Shown here: positions 1 through 9,015 of the stretch, piece by piece | Numbering within the stretch: position 1 is the stretch's first letter | Layout of the letters: every line of letters starts with the position of its first letter | Source: Treponema sp. | GTDB lineage: Bacteria > Spirochaetota > Spirochaetia > Treponematales > Breznakiellaceae | Direction: 5' to 3' | NCBI GenBank assembly: GCA_031258005.1 | Contig: JAIRNP010000073.1 | Span: 1 to 51,837 of the forward strand | DNA: 51,837 nucleotides | Program-made: the position numbers and the translations under genes | The notes under the pieces: generated by a model | What the model was told of the DNA's origin: nothing | What the model saw: only the letters and a program-made list of their open reading frames with translations | The model's database searches: none

Positions 1-569
1 ACCGTCCAGAACATAATGCTCTGGGCCACGTTACAATAGAGCGCGATCCCCTGACTAAGGGCCGCGAGGAGGGCGCTGACCGCCGCGCCCGCCAAAACCA
101 GCCGCATGGGTGTGGCCCCGCCGCGCCGCAGGAACGGCGCCTTTGCAAAGGCGATGCCATTTACCAGAGCGGCTCCCATACCCGCTCCTAAAAAGGAAAA
201 CATAATAATCTGCCTGTACGACAATTCCGGGAAAAAGGCAAAACAGAGAGCGAGAGCAAAGCCCGCCCCGGCGTTCAGCCCCATAAGCCCCGAATCGGCC
301 AGAGGGTTGCGGGTGACGCCCTGCATGACCGCCCCGGCCACGGCGAGAGCGGCCCCCACAAGGGCGCTTGCGCTGACACGGGGCAGGCGTAGATCCCGCA
401 CAATGAGGTGATGAGTCTCTCCGCTTTCAAAATGAAAGACGGCGTTCCAAACGGTTTTAATGGGTATATCCGCCGCCCCCTTCGTGATGGAAAAAACAAA
501 AGCCAGTATCAGGAGGCCCGCGTTTAAGAGGATGAGCAGCCCCCATAGGCGGCTTTTTTCCGTGAGCAT
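1..569 (-). CDS. FecCD/FhuB-family iron-siderophore ABC permease, N-terminal part (3' end lies beyond the window)
   Basis: Not in the ORF track because it runs off the edge. Translating the minus strand from the ATG at 569 gives MLTEKSRLWGLLILLNAGLLILAFVFSITKGAADIPIKTVWNAVFHFESGETHHLIVRDLRLPRVSASALVGAALAVAGAVMQGVTRNPLADSGLMGLNAGAGF... The RLPR..A.LVGAALA.AG..MQ..TRNPLA motif is typical of FecCD permeases. It starts 1 nt after the stop of the upstream binding-protein gene. Confidence 0.8.
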   Translation of the reverse strand, partial: MLTEKSRLWGLLILLNAGLLILAFVFSITKGAADIPIKTVWNAVFHFESGETHHLIVRDLRLPRVSASALVGAALAVAGAVMQGVTRNPLADSGLMGLNAGAGFALALCFAFFPELSYRQIIMFSFLGAGMGAALVNGIAFAKAPFLRRGGATPMRLVLAGAAVSALLAALSQGIALYCNVAQSIMFWT

Positions 570-570
570 T

Positions 571-1551
571 TTACCGCTCCCCGGAATAGATATTTGCCAG
601 TTTTTCCGCCCCCAAGCGCATGGCAAGCGGGCCGTAGGTGTTCATATTTTCATCAAAATAGTAGATGCGCCCGTTCTTTACCGCGTCTATGGACTGCCAT
701 ACGGAGGAAGAACTTAGTCCCCGCACAAAAGCCGCCGCCGCTTTGTAATTGTGCTGGAACACGATGTAGTAGGGATCCATTTCCGCCACCGCTTCAAGCG
801 ATACGTTTTTGTATGCGGCGGAAAATCCATTCGGCCTCGTGATACCAAAAGTTTCATAATACTTTGAAGGACCCTGGTTCATAAACATCTTTCCGTCCGT
901 GCGAAAAAGCGCCAGCGTCCTGTCGCTGTGTTGAGAGATGATTTCTTTCGCGGCGCTAATTGCGGCTTCAATTTCTGTTATGGCATTCCGCGCCTCGGCT
1001 TCCTTCCCTACTATTTCCGCACATTCCAGAAGCTGTTCCTGCCACGGGGCGGAAAAAGTGAGCGCCACCACCGGGGCAATTTTGACAAGCTGATCATATA
1101 TTCTGTCCAGTCCGTTATGGGCAGAGAAGGTAACAATCACATCGGGGGCAGATTCCAATATCACCTCAAGATTTATCTCCCTGACACTGCCCAGGTTGAT
1201 CATTTCAAGGTCTTTCAAGTAAGGGGCGTACATTTCGGATTGCTCAAGCGCTTCAACTTCTCCGAGTATGTTTCCTGTTGCCGCCGCCGTGGGCGGATTC
1301 CTGAGTAAAAGGAAATGTTCCAGATAGAATACGTGAAGAAGCGTGATACGTTCCGGTTTCTTTTCCAGAATAACTTCATGTCCAAGCGCATCCGTGAGCG
1401 TCCTCGGCCAGGCAGCCGATTCCTCATGTCTAACGCTTGATTGCGCCGCCTCCGGCGCTCCGCCTGCGTATTCCGCGGGAGGCTTGCGGCATCCAGCCAG
1501 TCCGCCTGCCAAGAGCGCGGTTAAAAAAAACAGGGCTGTCAGTTTTTTCAC
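571..1551 (-). CDS. Periplasmic Fe3+-siderophore-type substrate-binding lipoprotein of an ABC importer
   Basis: 326-aa ORF. The signal peptide and lipobox are MKKLTALFFLTALLAGGLAGC. Length and sequence resemble FhuD/FepB-type binding proteins, and it is immediately followed by the FecCD permease. Confidence 0.8.
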   Translation of the reverse strand: MKKLTALFFLTALLAGGLAGCRKPPAEYAGGAPEAAQSSVRHEESAAWPRTLTDALGHEVILEKKPERITLLHVFYLEHFLLLRNPPTAAATGNILGEVEALEQSEMYAPYLKDLEMINLGSVREINLEVILESAPDVIVTFSAHNGLDRIYDQLVKIAPVVALTFSAPWQEQLLECAEIVGKEAEARNAITEIEAAISAAKEIISQHSDRTLALFRTDGKMFMNQGPSKYYETFGITRPNGFSAAYKNVSLEAVAEMDPYYIVFQHNYKAAAAFVRGLSSSSVWQSIDAVKNGRIYYFDENMNTYGPLAMRLGAEKLANIYSGER

Positions 1552-1644
1552 AGGTTTTCCCTCATTCGGTAAGTTTATAATCTATGTTTCAGTGTTGACA
1601 CCCCGCCCGCCTTGTGTTAATTTAAATAGCGCAGGGGTCAGACT

Positions 1645-1881
1645 ATGTATTCGATAAAAGCTGAATTTGACGGCGATGTCATCATTCCCACGGAAACGAT
1701 TCCGGTTAAAGGTCCTTACGAGGCGATTGTTACGTTTACCAGCCCAAAGGCATCGTCCCATCTCAAAGAGAGCATCCTTGATTTTGCCGGTATCTTTGAC
1801 AACGAGGATGTCGCCATCATTGAGGAAATTATCCGAGAACGGCGCGAACCCACCACAGTACAAGACCTTGCTGTTTCTTGA
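1645..1881 (+). CDS. Type II antitoxin, DUF104/AF2212-like
   Basis: 78-aa ORF beginning MYSIKAEFDGDVIIPTETIPVKG, like the DUF104 pattern. Its stop overlaps the start of the downstream PIN gene. Confidence 0.65.
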   Translation: MYSIKAEFDGDVIIPTETIPVKGPYEAIVTFTSPKASSHLKESILDFAGIFDNEDVAIIEEIIRERREPTTVQDLAVS

Positions 1882-2257
1882 CACCGACATCTTATCCTAC
1901 CTCCTTGCCAACAATGAGGCGGTGATTAACCGGATAACCGTGCATACGCGGCAGGATGAACAAACCGTCATCACCGCTATCACCGTTTATGAAATCCTTA
2001 AAGGATTCCGCCACAAACCCCGTCCAAAAAAAGAAACGATGTTCAACGAGTTCTTGCAAAAGATACGGGTCTGCCCGCTTGACGATGACGCGATTCGCAT
2101 CGCCGCTGATATTTACGGCGCGTTGAACAAAATCTGGAAACCATGCGGTAACACCGACATCCTTCTTGCCGCAATCGTTGTGCGGAACAACGGTATCCTC
2201 TATACCAATAACATACGTCATTTTGAATTCATTCCCCATCTAAAACTCCTCCGCTAA
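1868..2257 (+). CDS. vapC: PIN-domain toxin (VapC-type ribonuclease)
   Basis: The sequence LLFLDTDILSYLL...ITVYEILKG...DILLAAIVVRNNGILYTNNIRHF carries the acidic PIN residues. The track ORF (1667) over-extends. The likely start is TTG at 1868, overlapping the antitoxin stop at 1879-1881. Confidence 0.7.
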   Translation: MLFLDTDILSYLLANNEAVINRITVHTRQDEQTVITAITVYEILKGFRHKPRPKKETMFNEFLQKIRVCPLDDDAIRIAADIYGALNKIWKPCGNTDILLAAIVVRNNGILYTNNIRHFEFIPHLKLLR

Positions 2258-2299
2258 ACCTTTAAGCATACACGCCGGTCTTTTTCCCTGAAGCTTGCA

Positions 2300-4366
2300 T
2301 TAAAAGCGGTATTGAACCGAAACATTTACCGAACGGCCCATATTAGGCTCAACATAGTAGGTTGTGCCCAGCGCCGGCGCAAAGGCGCCCATATAATATA
2401 TCATTGACGAATATTTGGTATCCGCGAGGTTATGCACGGTAAGCAGTACGCTAAGGTTGCCGTCAAATTGCGGAGGGGCATACCGCGCCTGCAATCCCCA
2501 GATAAGGCTTGAGTCAATGGTTGGCTGTTCGTTCTTGTTATCAAGTCCCTGATACATTTCGCTCTTGTAAATCAAATCGGGGCCAAGACTTAAGCCGAAA
2601 GGAGCGTGCAGCATGAGGACCGCCGAAAGAGTATGTTTTGCCACCAGCGGAACAAAGCCGCCTTCATAAGGCCCCTCGGAAAATTCCGCATTGACAAAGC
2701 TGTAATCTGCGTCCAGTTCCACATATTTGACCGGCGTCAGGGTTAATCCTATGTTGGAGCCCAGCCGCTCGATGGGGTCCATGTTCACGGCAAGACGGGC
2801 GGAGGGCGCAGTTGGATAAACGGCGATTTCATTATCAATTTTCATAAAATAGAAATTCGCGTCAAACTTTACAAGCCCTTTGAAGTTTACCCCAACGCCG
2901 CCTTCGGCTGTCCAGCCTTTTTCCGGCTCAAGGCTGGTATTCACCGTTGTCGTTAAATTTGCGGGATTTAAAAAAACATAGTCATCAAGGTAGGGGTATT
3001 TGAATTGGGTCCCATACTTCCCGTAGACTTTGACAAAATCCAAAGGATTGACGGTGATTCCCGCCTCGTAGACAAATGCCTCATAGAGCGTCGATTCATC
3101 GACAGACGGGCGTGTTACCGGATTTCCTCCAACAGCGCCCGACCACTCATCCACATCCGCCTTGAAGAACGCCGTGTCATAGCGGACTCCGGCGTTCACA
3201 CCAAGAAACGAAAGCGGCCTGAAATTGACCAAGGCCCAGGGGCCGATGGTAGTCTCGGACAGGTTGTTAAGGGCGAAATTAGTTTCTGTTACCAGATCAG
3301 GAGTAGCTTTATTTTCGCTGAACGCAAAAAGTGTATCAACGCCTCCTGAAAGACGCAGATCCAATCCCGCAGGTTTCAGTTCCACCGTTATTTTTGGCCG
3401 TACGCCAATCATGTGCGATGAACGGTACATAATATAATTGTAGGTTGGAAAATCCCATTTTACATTTTTCCAGTTGTAGGAAACCGGCAGATCAAAGCTG
3501 AGGCTTTCGTTAATCGCCCAGGCAAAGCCCAAGCCGCCGTTGATCTCGGTATTAGAAAGACTGTCAGAAATTGGACCTTTGTTCTGCGTGGGATCGTCTT
3601 CAAATTCGGCTTCGCTTAACTGACCAGCGAGCAAACCGTTTGTAAGGGCAAAACCAACATTCCCCTGAAGGCTCATGGTGTCATTTATATCAAAGATTGC
3701 ACGAACTTCGCCGTTCCCCGTATCGTTGGCAGTGTGTTTCTGGTATCCCTGGGTTCCCCGATGGCCGCCACTCACGGTAAAACCGCCCCAGCCGGTAGGC
3801 CGGTGGAGGGAAAAGCGTTGTTCGTTTTGAAAAAAACTCCCGCCGGAAACGGTAATATCCGTCTTTGCCGCGCCCGATTTCTTGGTAATAATGTTGATAA
3901 TCCCTACCTGGGCATTGTCGCCGTACTGGACGCTTGCCCCGCCGTCGAGCACTTCTATGCGCTCAATCTCGGAAAGATTAATGACATCCCAGTTTACCGT
4001 AACCCTTGATTGAGTAGGGTTGAGCCTCATGCCGTCAACGATTATCAGCACCTTCCCGTTTCCATAGTCGCTTGAAATACCCCGCATGGAAACATCAACA
4101 CCGATACCGTTCTTGGCTCTGGCAAGCCTGATACCGGGTACTGTTTCCAGCAGTTCGGTAACATTGGTCGCCCCCGAAGCGGCAATGTCATCAGCGGTGA
4201 TGACCGTAACCTGACCGGGGACGGTAGTGACCGCTTCAGAGGTTCTACCAGCGGTAACCACGAAATCAAGGGACTCACCGGCCTCATTGTCAGGGGCCGG
4301 GGTCTCCTGGGAAAATACGGCCTGAAGAACCGTACTCATGCAAAAAATCAAGAAGAGCTTTTTCAT
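2300..4366 (-). CDS. TonB-dependent outer-membrane receptor
   Basis: The track ORF was trimmed to the internal ATG at 4366, giving MKKLFLIFCMSTVLQAVFSQ as signal peptide. A TonB-box-like DFVVTAG, a plug region, a beta-barrel and the C-terminal VSVQYRF are present. Confidence 0.9.
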   Translation of the reverse strand: MKKLFLIFCMSTVLQAVFSQETPAPDNEAGESLDFVVTAGRTSEAVTTVPGQVTVITADDIAASGATNVTELLETVPGIRLARAKNGIGVDVSMRGISSDYGNGKVLIIVDGMRLNPTQSRVTVNWDVINLSEIERIEVLDGGASVQYGDNAQVGIINIITKKSGAAKTDITVSGGSFFQNEQRFSLHRPTGWGGFTVSGGHRGTQGYQKHTANDTGNGEVRAIFDINDTMSLQGNVGFALTNGLLAGQLSEAEFEDDPTQNKGPISDSLSNTEINGGLGFAWAINESLSFDLPVSYNWKNVKWDFPTYNYIMYRSSHMIGVRPKITVELKPAGLDLRLSGGVDTLFAFSENKATPDLVTETNFALNNLSETTIGPWALVNFRPLSFLGVNAGVRYDTAFFKADVDEWSGAVGGNPVTRPSVDESTLYEAFVYEAGITVNPLDFVKVYGKYGTQFKYPYLDDYVFLNPANLTTTVNTSLEPEKGWTAEGGVGVNFKGLVKFDANFYFMKIDNEIAVYPTAPSARLAVNMDPIERLGSNIGLTLTPVKYVELDADYSFVNAEFSEGPYEGGFVPLVAKHTLSAVLMLHAPFGLSLGPDLIYKSEMYQGLDNKNEQPTIDSSLIWGLQARYAPPQFDGNLSVLLTVHNLADTKYSSMIYYMGAFAPALGTTYYVEPNMGRSVNVSVQYRF

Positions 4367-4420
4367 AAAATAATACTCCTTAAAAATACCCATCCGGTAC
4401 GATATTGACATAACATTATG

Positions 4421-4436
4421 GTTAGTATAACCTAAC
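4421..4436. promoter_or_regulatory. GTTAG-N6-CTAAC palindrome, site 1 (TBDR/AraC divergent region)
   Basis: GTTAG TATAAC CTAAC read directly. It lies inside a TTGACA-N17-TAACCT promoter-like stretch facing the AraC gene. Confidence 0.35.
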
Positions 4437-4547
4437 AACAAAATGCCAAAAAACGCCGAACTGAGCAAGAAGTTAGGTGAAATTTTGCCGGATTTAGAAA
4501 ATTTTTTGCCGGTTCGTGATATTAATACTATTTCAAGGATGGTAATG

Positions 4548-5468
4548 ATGAATTCACTCATTGAAACGCTTTATTTACACCGTCTGTCAAAAGCCGGTTT
4601 TTTGGAAAAGACAAAAATTACCGGAGACGGCCATATAGAACTGATACCCAGACGCTTCTATGCGGAGGGGACTCAACTGTTGAAACCGGCAGGCAAAAGC
4701 CTGGTAGTAAGCGTGCCAAACTTCAGCTATCGTCAGCCGATTAACTATACCATAGAGAACCAACCTGAATATTTTCGCATCGCTCTTTGCCGCGGGGTGC
4801 GCGGTATTATGGGAGGGCATGTTGAAAAGGACAAGACCTACCGGGCTCATGCCTCAACCGGGGTTGCCGATTGTGAAACAGGAGTCTTGTTCCTGCCGGA
4901 ATTCTTCGATGTTTTCTTAAATTCACGCCACAGTATTTCACCGGGCGAAGTAGTACAGGCGTTTAAGGCTTTGGGCACATTGCCGATGATCCCCGCCGCT
5001 GCCGTGATACTGAAACAAATCGGTGAGGCTTCCTTTACCGGGGATGTCGGGAATATCTGGATTGAGGCAAAGGCGCTTGAACTGGTTTCAGTTATTTTGG
5101 ATTGGCACAGACGGCTGGCGACTGTAGACCCTCCTCCGCTCAGGGAACATGACCGGCAGGGGATCGCCGAAGCGATACGCTATGCAGAGGAGCATTTTTC
5201 CACACCCCTTACCCTCAATGTGCTGGCACGGCAAGCCGCCATGAGTATACGCAAATTTACCGCCATCTTCAAAACGCATACCGGTCTTTCTGTTGCCTGT
5301 TACATCCGCCATTTGCGTATGGACCAAGCGATGTATCTGCTAAAAAATACCACCGCCCCTTTGAGCGATATTGCCGGGATGGTGGGATATAAACACCAGT
5401 CACGGTTTTCCGCCCTCTTTCGTGAACAATTTGGCGTTATGCCGAGCTCGTTTCGTAAAAGGGAATAA
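4548..5468 (+). CDS. AraC/XylS-family transcriptional regulator (PchR/YbtA-like), divergent from the TBDR
   Basis: The C-terminal double HTH reads LTLNVLARQAAMSIRKFTAIFK...LSDIAGMVGYKHQSRFSALFREQFG. The start was set at 4548 by N-terminal alignment with the paralog at 13771-14694 (MNSLIE.. versus MDSIID.., both reaching GDGH at residue 26-29). Confidence 0.85.
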   Translation: MNSLIETLYLHRLSKAGFLEKTKITGDGHIELIPRRFYAEGTQLLKPAGKSLVVSVPNFSYRQPINYTIENQPEYFRIALCRGVRGIMGGHVEKDKTYRAHASTGVADCETGVLFLPEFFDVFLNSRHSISPGEVVQAFKALGTLPMIPAAAVILKQIGEASFTGDVGNIWIEAKALELVSVILDWHRRLATVDPPPLREHDRQGIAEAIRYAEEHFSTPLTLNVLARQAAMSIRKFTAIFKTHTGLSVACYIRHLRMDQAMYLLKNTTAPLSDIAGMVGYKHQSRFSALFREQFGVMPSSFRKRE

Positions 5469-5543
5469 CAAAGGGCAACTAAAGATGGCAGACTGCTAAT
5501 AGGGTAAACACAAGGTAACACCAAAAAACATTTCCCGCAATTT

Positions 5544-5831
5544 TCACAGAGGAATATCAAAAAAATGCTGTTCTTCGTCAAGGGCCTGGAAGTATGCGGC
5601 CACCAGGGGCAGAAAATACACGCGCCGGTGTTTTTCCGCAAAGTGTTTTGCGGCCTCCTTCCAGACCTCGCAGTCCTTATTGAAAGCCGCAAGTTCCTCA
5701 ATTGTGCGGAGGGAACGGGCGCGGCTGAGGATATAAAACACCGCCCGTTCCAGAATAACCGCGAGGGCAATAACCGAAAAGGCGAGCAGGGGGTACATGA
5801 CCCACCCGCCCTGTTTGAATAGTGAAATCAT
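5544..5831 (-). pseudogene. ExbB/TolQ/MotA-family remnant (first TM segment only)
   Basis: MISLFKQGGWVMYPLLAFSVIALAVILERAVFY is a typical ExbB N-terminus. The ORF ends after about 95 aa with no TM2/TM3, and no exbD or tonB follows. Confidence 0.55.
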
Positions 5832-5849
5832 GTATGCCCCCACTAATGC

Positions 5850-7440
5850 TTAAAAGCTGTATTGTACTGAAAGCTTCACCGAACGCCCCATGTTATTGTC
5901 AACATAATAAGCCGTGCCTATCATAGGCATTGCATATACCAATGTCGCATATTTGGTATCGGCGATGTTATGTACCGCAAGATGTACGGCAAGATTGCTG
6001 AATTTCCTGGGCACATACCGTACCGAAGCTCCCCAGATAAAGCTGGGGTCAACTGTCGGTAAAGCATTTGCATTATCAAATCCCTGATACATCTCGCTTT
6101 TGTAGAGTACATTGGGACCAAGGCTTAATCCGAAAGGCAGGTACAGCATAAGGGAACCTGAAAGCATATGTTGCGCCGCCAACGGAACAAATTTACCTTC
6201 ATTAGCGCCCTCGGAAAATTCAGAGTTTACAAAGCCATAGTCAAGGTCCAGTTCTACATAGTTCTTAAACGGCGTCAATTTTAAGCCGATATTCGTACCA
6301 AGTCTGGCGATTGGATCCAGATTCATGGTAGAATACATCATACCGGCTAAAACCGCGGTGATTTCGTTATCAATTCTCTGATAATAGAGATTTGCGTCAA
6401 ACCTTGCGATGCCTTTAATGTTTACCCCGATACCACCTTCGGCTGTCCAGCCCTTTTCAGGTTCCAGGCCGGTATTCAGGCCGACTGCTGCACCGGCATA
6501 CATCGGCAGCACCACAAGATCATCGAGGTACGGATACCTAAACTGTGTTCCATATTTCGCGTAAATCTTTAGAAAATCAAAGGGATTGACGGTAAGCCCT
6601 GCCTCATATACAAAAGCGTCCCATTGCGTTGATTCGTCTTCTGCCGTGTAAGACATAGGTGCCGGGAGACCGGTCATAGGATCGAGGCCAATACCCGACC
6701 ATGCGTCCACATGGGTCTTTACAAATGCCGCATCATAGCGGAGTCCTGCGTTCAGAGAGAGGAGCGGAAGCGGCTCAAAATTAACCGGCACCCAGGGGTC
6801 GATGGTAAACTCGGACATCGTTTGTTTCTTTGGGTTGTTTCTTTTTCGAGGTCATCACTGTTTTTCACATCGCTGAATGCAAAAAGCGTATCAACCCCTC
6901 CGGTCAGACGCAAACCCATACCCGCCGGTTTTAGCTCCGCGCTTATTTCTGGCCGCAGGCCAAGCATGTGCGGCTTCAGATCAACAACCGTACCGGATAA
7001 AGGAGTATAAGTTCTTGAATTGGTAAAATTGTAAGAAACCGGCGCATCAAAATTAAGCGTATCGTTAATCGCCTAGGTGAAACCCATGCCGGCAATTACC
7101 CCGGCATTGGAATAGGTGGCGGTTGAAGGCCCTTTATTCTGCGTAGGATCATCGTTGAATTCGGCTTCGGTTAACCCATACCCATAGGGAGACAAGCTGT
7201 TACTGACGGTGAAACCTACATTCGCCTGGAGGCTCATTGCGTCATTTATATCAAAAATCCCCCGCAGTTGGCCGTTCCCCGTGTCGTAGGCGGTATGTTT
7301 CTGGTAACCCTGGGTTCCCTGATGTCCGCCGCTGACCATAAAACTCCCCCATTGTGTTGGCCGGTAGTGTGACTCGATGGTGTAGGTGGCGGTTAAAAGG
7401 CTGTATCGGGAAAGAGTATCCCCCCGATCATCAACCCCCC
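5850..7440 (-). pseudogene. TonB-dependent receptor pseudogene (paralog of 2300-4366)
   Basis: Three track ORFs (5850-6818, 6752-6967, 7073-7339) align in order to the intact paralog, for example VSGGHQGTQGYQKHTAYDTGNG versus VSGGHRGTQGYQKHTANDTGNG. TAG at 7073-7075 replaces the Trp of FAWAINE. There is a frameshift near 6820-6835. The plug and signal peptide are absent. The 5' boundary is approximate. Confidence 0.8.
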
Positions 7441-7607
7441 AAAACGGCCTTGAAATCGGCTAGGAGGATAAGGGTATGTAAAGGTTGTCCATTATCCATC
7501 ATAGGGCAAGCCTACCGCCCGGATCAGTAGCCGTGAATGTATAAATTGTCATGTTTTGAAAGAATTTGCCCAGGATAAACGCATAGAAATTCGTATTTCA
7601 TTACAGG

Positions 7608-7653
7608 ATAAGGAATTACAATAAAAAACAAGTTCCCTTTGCTAATTCCTTAT
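7608..7653. repeat. Perfect 11-bp inverted repeat ATAAGGAATTA / TAATTCCTTAT with a 24-nt spacer
   Basis: Read directly at 7608-7618 and 7643-7653. Confidence 0.6.
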
Positions 7654-7656
7654 ACA

Positions 7657-7680
7657 GTATAGAATTAGCAAATTCTATAC
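7657..7680. repeat. Perfect hairpin/palindrome GTATAGAATT-AGCA-AATTCTATAC
   Basis: Read directly. It has a 10-bp stem and lies about 17 nt upstream of the predicted -35 of the small-ORF/GNAT operon. Confidence 0.6.
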
Positions 7681-7696
7681 ATTTGCCTTGGCTCCC

Positions 7697-7725
7697 TTGC
7701 CATATCCTCAATTTCCTGATATATT
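7697..7725 (+). promoter_or_regulatory. Sigma70-like promoter TTGCCA-N17-TATATT for the small-ORF/GNAT operon
   Basis: Hexamers are at 7697-7702 and 7720-7725 with a 17-nt spacer. The ATG at 7743 follows. Confidence 0.3.
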
Positions 7726-7742
7726 AAAAAAAAGGTAACGAA

Positions 7743-7898
7743 ATGGGCGTTAAAATCAAACCGGTACAACCAACGGAAATTAAGGATAAGAAGATCATCC
7801 AGGAAGTAATTGCTCAAATCCACCGGAAACCCACCAAGAGGGACATGGCCCGTCTTGAGGAACGCAGGGAAGTCCTGAAAAAGGCTATGGCGAAGTGA
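7743..7898 (+). CDS. 51-aa small ORF, candidate antitoxin of the GNAT toxin
   Basis: Below the track cutoff. My translation is MGVKIKPVQPTEIKDKKIIQEVIAQIHRKPTKRDMARLEERREVLKKAMAK. Its TGA overlaps the GTG start of the GNAT gene (GTGA), which is typical TA coupling. Confidence 0.5.
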   Translation: MGVKIKPVQPTEIKDKKIIQEVIAQIHRKPTKRDMARLEERREVLKKAMAK

Positions 7899-8455
7899 GC
7901 AAGCGGGCAGCCGTTGATATAAAAAACGGTCCTTCATTGTTCATATTGGAACGCCTTTCCCCATCGGATATTCTTGCTCCTTTTGATTGCTCGATACGTG
8001 AATATAACGACTATCTGATACAGGAAGCGCAAAAGGCGCAGAATGAGTTTATTGCCGTAACCTGGCTGTTACATGAGCGGGAAAACGGTTCCATTGTTGC
8101 TTATATGTCCCTCATTAACGATGCCATAAAACTGACTGCTACCGAGAAAGAACTCCACCATCTTGATTATCCCTTTAGAACTATTCCCGCCACGAAAATA
8201 GCGAAGCTGGCCGTATCCAGTTTGTATTGCCGTCAATATAAGGGTATTGGTACATATATGCTCTATCTTGCCGCCGGTATTGCCGAAGATACCAATTTGA
8301 AACATTCCGCCTGCCGCTTTGTTACTGTAGATGCCGACATTGAACACGACCCCAATGTAACCGCTTTTTATACCAAAAATGGTTTTATCCCCAATACGGA
8401 AATGACCAGCAAGCATAGTAAGACAATCAGTATGAGGAAGGATATTTGGGTGTAG
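7895..8455 (+). CDS. GNAT-family N-acetyltransferase, TacT/AtaT-like toxin candidate
   Basis: 186 aa. The N-terminal FDCSIREYNDYLIQEAQKAQNE resembles the FDCG..L..FL..A motif of TA-associated GNATs. An acetyl-CoA-region-like stretch QYKGIGTYML and ..FYTKNGF are present. Confidence 0.7.
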   Translation: MSKRAAVDIKNGPSLFILERLSPSDILAPFDCSIREYNDYLIQEAQKAQNEFIAVTWLLHERENGSIVAYMSLINDAIKLTATEKELHHLDYPFRTIPATKIAKLAVSSLYCRQYKGIGTYMLYLAAGIAEDTNLKHSACRFVTVDADIEHDPNVTAFYTKNGFIPNTEMTSKHSKTISMRKDIWV

Positions 8456-8481
8456 AAGGAATATACAGAAAAACGCTTGTC

Positions 8482-8526
8482 CTAAAAAACACCCCGAAGG
8501 TCCCCGGAAAACCCTGAGCCTTCGGG
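8482..8526 (-). terminator. Rho-independent terminator of the lipoprotein gene
   Basis: On the minus strand, the CCCGAAGG...CCTTCGGG 8-bp stem is followed by GTGTTTTTTAGG. Confidence 0.6.
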
Positions 8527-8536
8527 CAAAAATTCG

Positions 8537-8926
8537 TCAATTTTTCTTTGTGTACATGAAGGTTCCTTCAAAGGTAATTACCTGTAATTTCCCATCGTTT
8601 TGTATTTCCGAGGTGGAGGTGATAACATTTTCAGGCTGTCCTGCTGTACTCATCCATGTTCCCGCCATATAGAGTTCTGTAGCAATGGCGGTCGCCTTCT
8701 TACCGTTATAGGTATAAGTCCCCCTGGTATCACCCTGTGTATCCCCACTTGTACTTTGATGAAATTCCCAGGTTAAATCCTTGTTCATAGTGATTGATAC
8801 CCCCGCCGTAGCGGTACTTTCCCATGTCCCTACAAAAGGATTGTCATCATCGCCAGCATCCATGGAACACGAGAAAAAGCCAACTGATACCAGAAGAACA
8901 GGTATCAACCAAAACATTCTTTTCAT
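8537..8926 (-). CDS. Small lipoprotein, possibly lipocalin-like, function unknown
   Basis: The lipobox is MKRMFWLIPVLLVSVGFFSC. FVGTWES...GTYTYNGKK resembles lipocalin-like domains. It is the last gene of module A. Confidence 0.65.
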   Translation of the reverse strand: MKRMFWLIPVLLVSVGFFSCSMDAGDDDNPFVGTWESTATAGVSITMNKDLTWEFHQSTSGDTQGDTRGTYTYNGKKATAIATELYMAGTWMSTAGQPENVITSTSEIQNDGKLQVITFEGTFMYTKKN

Positions 8927-8950
8927 AAAAAACCTCCTGAAATATATTTA

Positions 8951-8966
8951 GTTAGTTTATACTAAC
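8951..8966. promoter_or_regulatory. GTTAG-N6-CTAAC palindrome, site 2
   Basis: GTTAG TTTATA CTAAC, extendable to TAGTTAG/CTAACTA. It lies 25 nt upstream of the lipoprotein start. Confidence 0.4.
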
Positions 8967-9015
8967 TATAAAGCCTTTATTAAGGGACAAAGCATTGTCC
9001 TGTTTCAAAAACATA

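Noticed and set aside
4367-4547. Searched the TBDR/AraC and ABC promoter regions for a canonical Fur box of the GATAATGATAATCATTATC type.
   Set aside because: I found only weak AT-rich partial matches such as GTGATATTAATACTATT. These are not convincing by eye and would need a PWM scan.
7665-7937. A 90-aa minus-strand ORF spanning the small-ORF/GNAT promoter region.
   Set aside because: It has no RBS or motif. It is antisense to a better-supported coupled gene pair and crosses the palindromes.
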